Assembly: GCA_031425115.1 (NCBI GenBank)
Contig: JANPIT010000213.1
Coordinates: forward strand, 1-43,153
Reading direction: 5' to 3'
Length of the DNA: 43,153 nt
Origin: Opitutaceae bacterium
GTDB lineage: Bacteria > Verrucomicrobiota > Verrucomicrobiia > Opitutales > Opitutaceae
The position numbers and the translations under genes were made by a program. Positions 1 to 8,965 of the stretch are shown here, in pieces (the stretch's first letter is position 1; each line of letters opens with the position of its first letter). Below the pieces are notes generated by a model. That model was not told where the DNA came from. It worked only from the letters and a program-made list of their open reading frames with translations, and searched no databases.

Positions 1-188
1 GCATGCGCCGGGATCGTATTACCTTCCCGCACAAGGTCAGCGCGGATGTCCTCCGCTTCTTGATTGGTGAGGATTCCTTTCCGGATCAGCGCGTCGATCA
101 GTGCCGCACTCTCCTGGGCAAAAGCGCCGGCGGTCAGGAAGAGACTGCCCGCCAGGGCGAGACTGCGAACGAGGGAGAAATTGGTCAT
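1..188 (-). CDS. Putative outer-membrane porin, N-terminal part (runs off the window edge; not in the ORF track)
   Basis: Hand translation from ATG at 188 gives MTNFSLVRSLALAGSLFLTAGAFAQESAALIDALIRKGILTNQEAEDIRADLVREGNTIPAH. It has a Sec signal ending AFA-Q, then the 'LIDALIRKGILT..EA' helix seen at the start of putative porins. A Pho-box-like array lies upstream. Confidence 0.65.
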   Translation of the reverse strand, partial: MTNFSLVRSLALAGSLFLTAGAFAQESAALIDALIRKGILTNQEAEDIRADLVREGNTIPAH

Positions 189-231
189 ATGTAGAGGTTC
201 GATCACTGCAGGGACGACTGCTAGCCCCGCC

Positions 232-274
232 ACGGTAGCCTCCAATTGTTACGATTGCGTGGCGGCCGTGTGAC
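232..274 (-). promoter_or_regulatory. Pho-box-like array with -10 element, facing the porin gene
   Basis: Minus strand reads GTCAC-N6-GCCAC-N6-GTAAC (+ strand pentamers at 270, 259, 248). TACCGT (TAnnnT, 232-237) follows exactly 10 nt later. Confidence 0.65.
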
Positions 275-406
275 GAACCGGGAACGATTCGGCGTCAATC
301 GTTCATCTCATGTTACGATCGGGCGGTTCGCCCGGTTTCGGGACGCAACTCCGCGATCACGGATCTGACCGCAACCGCACGCGAATCCGGCCGCATGCGC
401 ACCGAA

Positions 407-422
407 TTCACACAGTCGTCAC
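407..422 (+). promoter_or_regulatory. Pho-box-like pair upstream of the histidine kinase
   Basis: TTCAC(407)-N6-GTCAC(418), 11-bp spacing. Confidence 0.45.
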
Positions 423-455
423 CCCTGCGATTTGTCCGCCCGAAAGAATCGAATT

Positions 456-2564
456 ATGCCAATTCCGACCACTTCGGACATGGACAACACTTCCGCACGC
501 GAATTTCTCCATACCGCCGGGAACGGCGCAATGGAGCCTGCCATCTCTCACCGGCAGGATTTTCCGCCGAACGGCCCCTCCGCGCTGGTCGCGGAAGGCA
601 CCGCGCTGGCCTCGCTCACGCATCACTGCGAAAGCGTCGAGGCGAGCGTCGCCCTCGAACTGGCCTACGATTTGTTTCGGACCCGGCACGTCGATTATAT
701 GGCCGTCGTCCGGGATGGCCGGGTGATCGGGCTATGTTCGCGCGGCGAAATCGGATTCGTGATGGGCTCACGTTTCGGCTTCTCGCTCTACAGTCACAGC
801 CCGGTGGAAACCGTGCTGGTCCGCGCCCCGCTGGTGGTGGCATTGCAGGCGCCGGTGCGTGAGGTGTTGGACCGCGCGCTGGCTCGCACCGGGGAAAGTT
901 TTCACCAGGACGTCGTCTTGGTGGATGGCGAGCGCCGGCTGGTCGGGCTCGTGCGGGCGGAGTCGCTGGCCCAACTCCAGTCGCAACTGGTCGCGCAACA
1001 GCTCGACGCTCTACGCCAACAGCACGAAATCCTGCGCCAGCAGCACATGGATCTTTTCCGCGCCAATCACGCGGTGCGGCAGTCGAAGGGCCTGTATCTT
1101 GGCTTATTCGAGGGCCACTCGCTGGGCGTTGCGCTGCTCGATGTCGATGGTGGCATTCATGAACACAATCGGCGCCTCGCCGAGTTGCTGGGATTCGGGG
1201 ACACGCTGGCCTCGCTCATCTCACTCGTCGCTTGGGTCGAGGAACGCGAGCGTCCCACGTTTCTCGCCATGCTTCGCGCCCAGGCCGAGGGGCGAAACGC
1301 GCCCGCCTCGAAGGAATTTACGCTCCACATCACAGGCCGCGGCGCGCGCTTTTTCCGCTGCTCCACGGGTTGGATCCAGGAAACCGGCCAGATCTGCGCC
1401 TGCCTCGACGACATTACCGACCAGCGTCTGCTGGAGCGAAAACTCGCCCGGCAGGAAAAACAGACGCTGCTCGACACGTTGGTCGGCGGCATAGCCCACG
1501 AGCTAAACAACAAGCTCACCCCGGTGATGGGGTTTGCCGGACTGCTCTCCATTGATGGCACGGAGGACGACCGCCGGCACGTGCACTATATACAGCAGAG
1601 TGTGCAAGAGGCCGCGCACATCATCCGCCAGCTCCTCCAGCTTTCTAAACCCATCGCTCACGTCACCCAACCGGTCGAATTCCGCACCGTCGTGGAAGAG
1701 ACGCTTCTCATGCTCCGGTTTCAGATTCGCGCGGCGCATTGCGAGGTCGTGACGCGACTCTCCGCCGAGCCGGTTTGGGTGATGGCGGATCCCGGCCAGT
1801 TGAAACAGGTCACGATCAACCTCGTGTTGAACGCGCTCCAAGCCATAGAGGGCCTCGCGGCCTCCGCGATCACCGTCGAGCTCCGACCCGCGGGCACGCA
1901 GGCGATGTTACATATCACCGATAGCGGCTGCGGCAGCCCGGAAGAAAACCTCGGACGGATCTTCGATCCGTTTTTCACCACCAAGGGGCCCGAACGGGGC
2001 ACGGGGCTCGGCTTGAGCATTTGCTACAGTATCGTGCGCCAACACGGCGGCGAAATTTCCGTGGAAAGCCAGCCCGGCGCAGGCGCCCGTTTCACGGTAT
2101 CACTGCCGCTCGATACTGGAGCCGCGAGTGCATTCGTGCCGACGCGCCGCGACATGCAGCCCACCCGGGGCGTTCGGCCGGTGCCGAGCACGGCCCGCGT
2201 GCTCGTCGTCGATGATGATGAAATCGTCCGCAATCTCCTCCAGGAACTCGTGCGCCGGCAGTTTGGTTGCCAGGTCGACGTCGTGAGCCACGGCGGCGAA
2301 GCGCTGCTGGCGCTCGAACGAGAGCACTACGCTTTGATTCTTTCGGATATTCAGATGCCCGTCATGAACGGCATGGATCTTTACCGGCGCGTGCGGGAAC
2401 TGCACCCGACGATGGCGCGACGCTTCGTCTTTATCACCGGGCATCCTGGCGATCGCGTCCTCGTCGGAGAAATCGGCGCGTGGGACATCCCGGTGATCGG
2501 AAAGCCATTTTCCCTCGAGCGGCTGGCGGACGTGTGCGGGCCGTTGATCTCAGCGGTGCACTAA
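456..2564 (+). CDS. Hybrid sensor histidine kinase: CBS pair - coiled coil - PAS-like - HisKA - HATPase - receiver
   Basis: N-terminal CBS-like segments ([16 protein letters not shown]; [19 protein letters not shown]) and a PAS-like '[24 protein letters not shown]...DITDQR'. H-box IAHELNN, N-box [12 protein letters not shown] boxes IFDPFFTTK and GTGLGLSI. Receiver motifs VLVVDDD, LSDIQMP, FITG, KPF. No transmembrane helix. Start uncertain (432/456/480/531). Confidence 0.9.
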   Translation: MPIPTTSDMDNTSAREFLHTAGNGAMEPAISHRQDFPPNGPSALVAEGTALASLTHHCESVEASVALELAYDLFRTRHVDYMAVVRDGRVIGLCSRGEIGFVMGSRFGFSLYSHSPVETVLVRAPLVVALQAPVREVLDRALARTGESFHQDVVLVDGERRLVGLVRAESLAQLQSQLVAQQLDALRQQHEILRQQHMDLFRANHAVRQSKGLYLGLFEGHSLGVALLDVDGGIHEHNRRLAELLGFGDTLASLISLVAWVEERERPTFLAMLRAQAEGRNAPASKEFTLHITGRGARFFRCSTGWIQETGQICACLDDITDQRLLERKLARQEKQTLLDTLVGGIAHELNNKLTPVMGFAGLLSIDGTEDDRRHVHYIQQSVQEAAHIIRQLLQLSKPIAHVTQPVEFRTVVEETLLMLRFQIRAAHCEVVTRLSAEPVWVMADPGQLKQVTINLVLNALQAIEGLAASAITVELRPAGTQAMLHITDSGCGSPEENLGRIFDPFFTTKGPERGTGLGLSICYSIVRQHGGEISVESQPGAGARFTVSLPLDTGAASAFVPTRRDMQPTRGVRPVPSTARVLVVDDDEIVRNLLQELVRRQFGCQVDVVSHGGEALLALEREHYALILSDIQMPVMNGMDLYRRVRELHPTMARRFVFITGHPGDRVLVGEIGAWDIPVIGKPFSLERLADVCGPLISAVH

Positions 2565-2624
2565 TCTGCAGTGCACACGAGGGCCGCCGCGAATGACCGC
2601 GTTGGCGCTCCAGCCGGCATGCGC

Positions 2625-2657
2625 AAAAAAAAAGCGGCGCCCGCGAGGGACACCGCT
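2625..2657 (-). terminator. Rho-independent terminator of the TBDR/beta-helix operon
   Basis: Minus strand reads AGCGGTGTCCC-TCGC-GGGCGCCGCT followed by a T run (A9 at 2625-2633 on +). Confidence 0.75.
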
Positions 2658-2692
2658 CAGATAGAATCTATACCGAAAGAAAACGAATTGGT

Positions 2693-4498
2693 TTAGTCGA
2701 TCTCGTAGACCTCGACGATCACCTCGCCGCCACCGGTCTTGCCCCGAACCTGCATCGTGTAGGCGCCGGCTGGCAGCGTCGCGAGCAGCACCGAGTCGCG
2801 GCTGCCCGCCGTAAGGGCAAATGCCCCAACCTGCGCGCCGAGTTGCACCGCCTGTGCGCCGGACCAGTCATCATTCTCGCCGATCTTGGTCGCCCCGGAA
2901 TAGAGCTCGAGAATCGGATCTGCGATCGCGTTGGTAACGCCGAGCGCGGTGAGGCCGGGACCGACCGCACGAATCATGACGGTTTGCGTTTGCGTGCCGT
3001 TGATGAAGAAACCCGAGAAGATCGTGCCGCCCGCGGCAAGCGTGGCGCGCGTCGAGATGTTCACGAGCTCACTACTGGAACCCGAGTTCACGACGACGGT
3101 GGAGCCGGCACCCGCGTCACTCAAGCTGCTCGCCGGAGAGAAGTAGCCGTCGCGGCCGAGCTTCGTCCAGGTGTAGGCCCAGTTTCCGGAGGTCGTGAAC
3201 GCGCCGAGGTAATTGGCGGTGGTGAAGAAACCATCATTGGGCGCGCTGGCCGAGAGCTGCAGCGCCGGACTGCCGGCGCGAAGCCGCGGGTCGAGCAAGC
3301 CGCCCTTGGTCCGATCGATCATCACAAACAGCGGGTCCGTGTTGACGCGATTGCTCCGTGCCGCGCCGCGGATGTGCTCGGCGGTGTAATTCGTCGCGGA
3401 AACGGGGCCACCGGCCGTGGCGTTAGGTGCGAGGAAGAGCTGCGTATCCGTCGTGCCGACTCCGAAGGTGCCGAATAGATTGTTGGCAATCACGATATCG
3501 CCGGCCGCGAGCCGCTTCGCGCTGTCCTGCGATTGGGCGCTCTCCGTCTCGATCCGCCAGGCATACCCGCGGAAATCGTGGAAGATGGAGTTGTAGACCT
3601 TGCCGCCGGTGTTATCGCGAAAGATGGGCCCGATGCTCAGTGCGTTGGCGCCCGCGGCGCCGGAGCCGATCGCCGTGTAATTGTAGATCGTCGGGATCGC
3701 GTAGGGCTGACCGTCCTCGGGCGTGGTGCCGCCATCGGACTCGAAGGCGTGGTTTCCGACGGACGGGTCCTGAATGGTAAAGAGAAACTGCAGCTTGCCG
3801 CGGTAACCCTCGTCCCAGTCAAAGGCATCGTCGTCGTTGAATGCGCTGACGAGATATTTGCCGTTTACGGTGCCGCCGAACCATTCGAAACCGTCGTCGG
3901 CGTTGGCGAATACTTCCACGTATTCAACCGTCGTGCCAGACCCGACGGCGCCCATCGTAAGGCCGTTCAGCTCATTATTGGGCCCGAGGAGCGATCCCGC
4001 GTGGCGAATCGAGACGTAGCGAACCACGCCGGAATCATCAGCGTCATTCGTGCCGCCATAAATGCCGAGCGGCTCGGTCGTGGGGATGCCCTCGATATTT
4101 CCCTGACCCGAGGCGGTATTGGTCCGGGCGCGGCCGAGAAGGACGACGCCACCCCAGAGACCGCGATCGTTCTGGCCGAGATTGCCATTCAGGTTGTCGG
4201 CCTCGGCGGTGAAAATAATTGGCTCAGCGGCGGTGCCGCTGGCGTTGATCTTGCCGCCGCGCGCCACGACCAGCGCGGACGCATCCTGGGCGGCGCGCAC
4301 TTTACCCTTGATCACCGTGCCGGCCTCAATCGTGAGAGTGACACCATCGGTCACGAACACGCGACCGTCGAGAATGTAGGTGTTGCTTTTGGTCCACGTG
4401 CGGCTCGACGTGATGTTCGAGTTCACCGTGACATCGGCACCGAATAGCGCAGCCGGCGCGGCGAGTAGGGCGAATAATTTCAGGAGCTGAGGTTTCAT
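2693..4498 (-). CDS. Secreted TBDR-associated beta-helix-like protein with an Opitutae-type C-terminal domain
   Basis: Signal peptide, then the motifs LTIEAGTVIKG, AEPIIFT, GLWGGVVLLG, DDSGVVRYVSIRHAG, NELNGLTMGAVGSGT, DDGFEWFGGTVN and DDAFDWDEGY. The last ~125 aa read LVNISTRA...IRAVGP...DPILELY...ENDDW...GAYTMQV...VEVYE. Confidence 0.85.
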   Translation of the reverse strand: MKPQLLKLFALLAAPAALFGADVTVNSNITSSRTWTKSNTYILDGRVFVTDGVTLTIEAGTVIKGKVRAAQDASALVVARGGKINASGTAAEPIIFTAEADNLNGNLGQNDRGLWGGVVLLGRARTNTASGQGNIEGIPTTEPLGIYGGTNDADDSGVVRYVSIRHAGSLLGPNNELNGLTMGAVGSGTTVEYVEVFANADDGFEWFGGTVNGKYLVSAFNDDDAFDWDEGYRGKLQFLFTIQDPSVGNHAFESDGGTTPEDGQPYAIPTIYNYTAIGSGAAGANALSIGPIFRDNTGGKVYNSIFHDFRGYAWRIETESAQSQDSAKRLAAGDIVIANNLFGTFGVGTTDTQLFLAPNATAGGPVSATNYTAEHIRGAARSNRVNTDPLFVMIDRTKGGLLDPRLRAGSPALQLSASAPNDGFFTTANYLGAFTTSGNWAYTWTKLGRDGYFSPASSLSDAGAGSTVVVNSGSSSELVNISTRATLAAGGTIFSGFFINGTQTQTVMIRAVGPGLTALGVTNAIADPILELYSGATKIGENDDWSGAQAVQLGAQVGAFALTAGSRDSVLLATLPAGAYTMQVRGKTGGGEVIVEVYEID

Positions 4499-4570
4499 CG
4501 TTGCTTTGATTTCTGATGGTTTCTGCGAGGAAAAAGAGACGGGGAAGGAAGTCGCCGGCGTGCCGGCCGC

Positions 4571-7435
4571 TCAATAAGTGTAGGTCACGCCCAGCGACGT
4601 TGTGACGCCGCGGCGATGCGAGGAACGCAGGTAGTCGATTCCCCGATACGTGTAGGTCTCCTCCGCGGCGCGATCCAAAAGGTTCTTCGCGCTGAATGAG
4701 ACCTTCCAGCGGTCGCGGATCTTCTGGTTCCAGATGAAGTCGAGCGTCGGTGCCGGCTGCTCGAAGACATTCGGTGTGCCGGGCGGGCTCACCTGGGACA
4801 GCCGCTCGCCGAAGACGTTGTAGTAGACGCTGACGGTCGTGCCCCAGCGCGGGTTGTTGTAGGTCAGATCGAGATTGTAGATGTAAGGCGACTGGCCGGT
4901 CAGCTCACGCGTGGCACTGGCGGTGGGCTCATAGAAGCGGATGAACGCGATCTCGGCCGCGGTGATGTCGACCTTCGACTCGACCAAGGTGTAGTTGAAG
5001 CCGCCCGAGACCCCACGGAGTTGCTCCGAAAGGAACGCCAGATTTTTACGCGCCTCGATCTCGATGCCCCTCACCTCGCCCTTCGGCGCGTTTTGGAACT
5101 GCAGCTCACCGCTGTTCACGACCGAGAACACGCCGCGCTCGATCGGATCGACCATCTGCTTGTGAAACACACTTACCGCGACAATCTCGCCGCGCCGCGG
5201 GAACCACTCCCAGCGCAGGTCGTAGTTCTTGATCGTCGTGCGACGCAGGTCGGGATTGCCGATGTAGACGAAGTCGCCGACGAATTCGAAGGACGTATAG
5301 TCGGCGATCTCGCGAAAATTCGGCCGCGCGATCGTCTTCGTGGCGGCCGCCCGCAGATTCATCTTCTCGCTCAAGGCGTAAATCACGCTCGCGGAGGGCA
5401 GCGTGTCGTTGTTGTCGAGTTGCCCGGAGCGGCGCCGTGGATCGCGGCTACGCACGTCGAGCTTCGTCGACTCGCGCCGCGCGCCACCGATAATGCGCAG
5501 CGCATTTGTCACCGGCACGTCGACCATGCCGTAGAATCCGCCGACCTTCTGCTCGCCGACGTAGTTGTTCCCCGCCGAACCCGTCTCAACGAGGTAGAGT
5601 TGCCCGCTGCGGAAGCGGTTCGTCGCCGGATCGACCTGGCCAACCTGCGCCTCGCGCAGGAATTGCTGCTCATTGCCGTCATAGCGCAGCACCGTGCTAT
5701 TGTATTCGAATAACCGCTCGTTGAACGCGCGGTCGGTCTGCGCGAGCGCACCGCCCAGCTTGATCTGGGCCCCACGGCCCTCACCCAGCGCCACCGGGAT
5801 GGAGAGATCGACGCTGTAATCATTGCGCGATTCCTCGAGGTCGCGGAAATAGCGCGCCGGCCGCGGCAAACCGGACGCCTCGAAGAACTGGCTGCCATCC
5901 GGGGTCCGAAACGTGCTGAAGTAGCGGGTGTCCGGCTCGTCCTGCGTCGTCGTGGCATCGGTGATACTCCAGTTCAGCCGCGCCTCGCGCCAGGATGGGA
6001 AGAGGTGCTTGCCCGCGAGTTGAAACGAGCGCAGCGAGCGCTCGGTGTAGCGCAGGGTGCGGGTGGTGAAGACCTCGGTCTCGCTGATACCGCCACCCGC
6101 CACATTGAGCCCACTCTGATGGCGCACCATGTCGTTGCCCGATTGATTCACCATCGTGTTCAAACTCATCTGGTGCTCGGGGCTGAACTGATAAGCGAGA
6201 TTGAGCAGGCCACCCAGCAGCGTGTCGTCTTCGCTGCGCGCGTCGTCCAGGCGCACGAGCGGCGCAAGCGACGGCGAAGTGACGCCTTGACGCTCATAGC
6301 GCCCGGTCACGCCCTCGCTGTATCCGCCGAAGCTGCGATCATACGAAAGGCTCGCGGCATAGCCGAACTTCCGGCCGAACAGCGAAGCGACCCCGCCCAC
6401 CGCCGTTGCGAAACTGCGATTGAGCGGCGCGTCTTTCGACGAAGGTGACATCACGGGATTGAACGCCCGTGTCAGCCGACCAATCTCCGCATCGACCGTC
6501 GCGGTCGAAAAACGCAGCGGAATCCGTTGATTCGCCAGTTCGCCCGGCAAGGCCCGGCTGCCGTCGTCGCGGCCCCACGTGTTGCTTCCGCCGCCGGAGG
6601 TGAGGAAACTCTTTCCGGTGACGCGCGAGTTGCTCGCCAGCGATGCCGAGAGCGAGAACGTGAACTGCTCCGGAAATTCCTTCGTCTTCATATCAACGCT
6701 GCCACCGGTAAAATTGCCCGGCTTGTCCGGCGTGAACGTTTTCGTCGTAACGATCGCGTCGATCAGATCGCTGGGAAACATGTCCATATTTACCGCGCGG
6801 CGATCGGGATCCGCGCTCGGCACTTCGACGCCGTTGACGAGCGTCGAGCTGTAGCGCTCACCGAGCCCGCGAATGTAAACGTATTTTCCGCCGACCACCG
6901 ACGCACCGGTGACGGCCTTCATCGCCGAGGCGGCGGTGCCGAAGCCGAGCTTGCTCATCTGCTCGGAGCCGATCGCGTCGCTGACGGCGATCGATTTCTG
7001 CCGGGCGGCAAGCAAGCCGACGCCCGAGTTTTGAATCACTTCGGCGGAAACCGAAAACGCTTCCATCTTGATCACCGAATCGCGGGCCGCCGTGAGTGCG
7101 ACGTCGACGCGCGCCACATCTCCGGCCGCCACGGTGACCGCAGTGATATTCGAAGCCTGGAAATTCTCCTTCACGATCGTCAGGTCCCGCGCGCCCGGTG
7201 GCACGCCATTTATCCGATAAGCACCGTCGAGATCGGTTGTCGCGGTCAGCAGCGTCCCCGTCACAGTCACTGTGGCGCCTGCCAACGCACGGCCCGACTC
7301 GGCCATGAGCACCTGCCCACCCACGGCGCCCGTGGTTGCATCGGCCGCTGCGAGCGAAAAGGACGATCCAATACTCATGATCCAAAGGAGACCGCGGACC
7401 AACCGGCGCAACGTCGACGAGTGAGACAATAGCAT
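4571..7435 (-). CDS. TonB-dependent receptor with N-terminal carboxypeptidase-regulatory-like domain
   Basis: Signal peptide, prealbumin-like domain (TTDLDGAYRINGVPPG), plug (YVYIRGLGERYSSTLVNG) and barrel motifs (RPNFRE, GNPDL, NYDLRWEWF, KNLLD). Ends in aromatic VTYTY. ATG at 7435 preferred over TTG at 7459. Confidence 0.93.
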   Translation of the reverse strand: MLLSHSSTLRRLVRGLLWIMSIGSSFSLAAADATTGAVGGQVLMAESGRALAGATVTVTGTLLTATTDLDGAYRINGVPPGARDLTIVKENFQASNITAVTVAAGDVARVDVALTAARDSVIKMEAFSVSAEVIQNSGVGLLAARQKSIAVSDAIGSEQMSKLGFGTAASAMKAVTGASVVGGKYVYIRGLGERYSSTLVNGVEVPSADPDRRAVNMDMFPSDLIDAIVTTKTFTPDKPGNFTGGSVDMKTKEFPEQFTFSLSASLASNSRVTGKSFLTSGGGSNTWGRDDGSRALPGELANQRIPLRFSTATVDAEIGRLTRAFNPVMSPSSKDAPLNRSFATAVGGVASLFGRKFGYAASLSYDRSFGGYSEGVTGRYERQGVTSPSLAPLVRLDDARSEDDTLLGGLLNLAYQFSPEHQMSLNTMVNQSGNDMVRHQSGLNVAGGGISETEVFTTRTLRYTERSLRSFQLAGKHLFPSWREARLNWSITDATTTQDEPDTRYFSTFRTPDGSQFFEASGLPRPARYFRDLEESRNDYSVDLSIPVALGEGRGAQIKLGGALAQTDRAFNERLFEYNSTVLRYDGNEQQFLREAQVGQVDPATNRFRSGQLYLVETGSAGNNYVGEQKVGGFYGMVDVPVTNALRIIGGARRESTKLDVRSRDPRRRSGQLDNNDTLPSASVIYALSEKMNLRAAATKTIARPNFREIADYTSFEFVGDFVYIGNPDLRRTTIKNYDLRWEWFPRRGEIVAVSVFHKQMVDPIERGVFSVVNSGELQFQNAPKGEVRGIEIEARKNLAFLSEQLRGVSGGFNYTLVESKVDITAAEIAFIRFYEPTASATRELTGQSPYIYNLDLTYNNPRWGTTVSVYYNVFGERLSQVSPPGTPNVFEQPAPTLDFIWNQKIRDRWKVSFSAKNLLDRAAEETYTYRGIDYLRSSHRRGVTTSLGVTYTY

Positions 7436-7471
7436 GCCCGTAAACAGGCCACGCGGCAAAACCGACCCGCA

Positions 7472-7525
7472 ACGCTAATACCGGTGCGTCACGGACTCTT
7501 CACCGGGCTGTCACCCTTTCGACAC
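7472..7525 (-). promoter_or_regulatory. Four-unit Pho-box-like array plus -10 for the TBDR
   Basis: On +: GTCAC(7488), TTCAC(7499), GTCAC(7510), GACAC(7521), all 11 bp apart. On the gene strand TAGCGT (7472-7477) lies exactly 10 nt past the nearest unit. Confidence 0.7.
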
Positions 7526-7561
7526 ATTCCGCCGACCTACCGGCCTTCCGCCAATGGCGCC

Positions 7562-8440
7562 CTAGTTTCTCAACACGATCTTCTGTGGACGGAAATCCGG
7601 ATGCACCCGCCGCGCCTCCGCGTAGTGGCGCTGCGCTGCGATCTGATCGCCCTTGCGCTCGAGCAGATTTCCCAACCGGTGATGCACGCACGCCAACGTC
7701 GGCTGACCGTCTCCCTCGGGCACCGGAAGATCGAGGCAGCGTCGAAGGGATGCGATCCCACGATCGATCTCGCGCCCACTCAATGCCGCGCATCGACCAA
7801 TGTGATACAGCGCCAGAAAATCATTCGGCGATTCGCGCAACACGGTTTCGAAAACGCTGAAGGCCGCCGCAAAGCGCTCCTCGGCGAGAGCCAATGTGGC
7901 CCGGGCGATGCGGCCGTTCACGGGGTCGAGCCGCGCAATCTCGTCCGCTTGACCGTGCGCTTTCTCGAGTCCGCCACCGGCCAGCCGGGGCGCGACGCAA
8001 AAATAACCCAGCAGACTCCAACGATAGGCCGGATTGCGGGGATCGAGTTCGATCGCGCGTTCGTATGCGGCGCGACATTTCCGCGCCCACCCGAGCTTCG
8101 AGAGCAAAGGCGCATTTTGCGCGGCGAGGCCATAGGCGTCGCCCAGGGCGTTTTGCAGTCGGGCCTCCTGCGGGGCGGCTTTGGCCGCGCGCTCGAGGTG
8201 CGCGAGCGCCGCGGCTTCGTCGTCAAACCACAAGGCCAGTCGCCCCAGGTAGAAATCGATCTCCGGATCTGCCGGCCGCTCGCGCGCCAGCCCGGCGAAC
8301 AACTCCCGCGCCTCGGTGTAACGCCGGGCGTGGTAGCAATCCATGGCCCGCACGAGGTCGCCGGCGCTCTTCGCACTCGCTCCGGCCACGGCCGTGCCAA
8401 AGAGGAGCAGCAACCAACGGCGGCGGTAGCGCTCGGTCAT
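7562..8440 (-). CDS. Exported tetratricopeptide-repeat protein
   Basis: N-terminus MTERYRRRWLLLLFGTAVAGASA (signal peptide, possibly twin-Arg). TPR-like helices YLGRLAL...HLERAAKAAP, ALGDAYG...YERAIELDP, LYHIGR and HHRLGNLLERKG. ATG overlaps the upstream stop (ATGA at 8437-8440). Confidence 0.85.
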   Translation of the reverse strand: MTERYRRRWLLLLFGTAVAGASAKSAGDLVRAMDCYHARRYTEARELFAGLARERPADPEIDFYLGRLALWFDDEAAALAHLERAAKAAPQEARLQNALGDAYGLAAQNAPLLSKLGWARKCRAAYERAIELDPRNPAYRWSLLGYFCVAPRLAGGGLEKAHGQADEIARLDPVNGRIARATLALAEERFAAAFSVFETVLRESPNDFLALYHIGRCAALSGREIDRGIASLRRCLDLPVPEGDGQPTLACVHHRLGNLLERKGDQIAAQRHYAEARRVHPDFRPQKIVLRN

Positions 8441-8775
8441 CGCCGTTCGGCCGGCCCAGCCAGCAAATGCACCCGCGCAATCCGTCGCAGCCGCTGGGTC
8501 GAGAGCCTCAGCCGGCCGCGCCGTCGCCACCAGTGGCGATTCCGCGCATCGTGCATGAAGTCGAGAATCTCCTCATCCAACTCGCCCATCGTCCGCGCCC
8601 GCGCCGCCGCGGCGATCAGCTCACGGTCGGCGTCAAAGTGCCCGCGTTGAATGGCCGCGACGACGGGTGCCACCGCCACAGCGTGAGGGTGCAGACAGCG
8701 CCAAAACAGTTGCGTGGCGAAGGCCTCGCTGCTGCAGCCACGGGCCGCACAATATTTTTCCCGAAAGGTCGTCAC
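8437..8775 (-). CDS. Small hypothetical protein (~112 aa)
   Basis: GTG at 8775 gives MTTFREKYCAARGCSSEAFATQLFWRCLHPHA...RLRLSTQRL. It is translationally coupled to the TPR gene. The longer ORF-track extension to 9153 would cross a terminator and another ORF. Confidence 0.65.
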   Translation of the reverse strand: MTTFREKYCAARGCSSEAFATQLFWRCLHPHAVAVAPVVAAIQRGHFDADRELIAAAARARTMGELDEEILDFMHDARNRHWWRRRGRLRLSTQRLRRIARVHLLAGPAERR

Positions 8776-8833
8776 GTCACTCGAATGGAAGGAAGCCGCC
8801 CGCCCCAGGCAATCGCCGCAGGTGACAATCCGG

Positions 8834-8872
8834 AAAAGAAGAAGGCCGCTCAAACCCCTTTGAGCGGCCTTC
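8834..8872 (-). terminator. Rho-independent terminator
   Basis: Perfect 14-bp stem GAAGGCCGCTCAAA-N4-TTTGAGCGGCCTTC (8841-8872), followed on the minus strand by TTCTTTT. Confidence 0.85.
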
Positions 8873-8908
8873 ACTGACTGACTACCTGACCAACACATAA
8901 CAACCGCG
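8834..8908 (-). ncRNA. Candidate small RNA (~75 nt)
   Basis: GU-rich 5' segment ending in the strong terminator, preceded by GAAC-N17-GTCT (8938-8914). No known family recognised. It could instead be the 3' UTR of the upstream small gene. Confidence 0.35.
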
Positions 8909-8965
8909 GTGAAAGACGCCGGGGGTTGTAATTCGTTCAATTCAATTCCGCGCGGTTTTTTCAAA

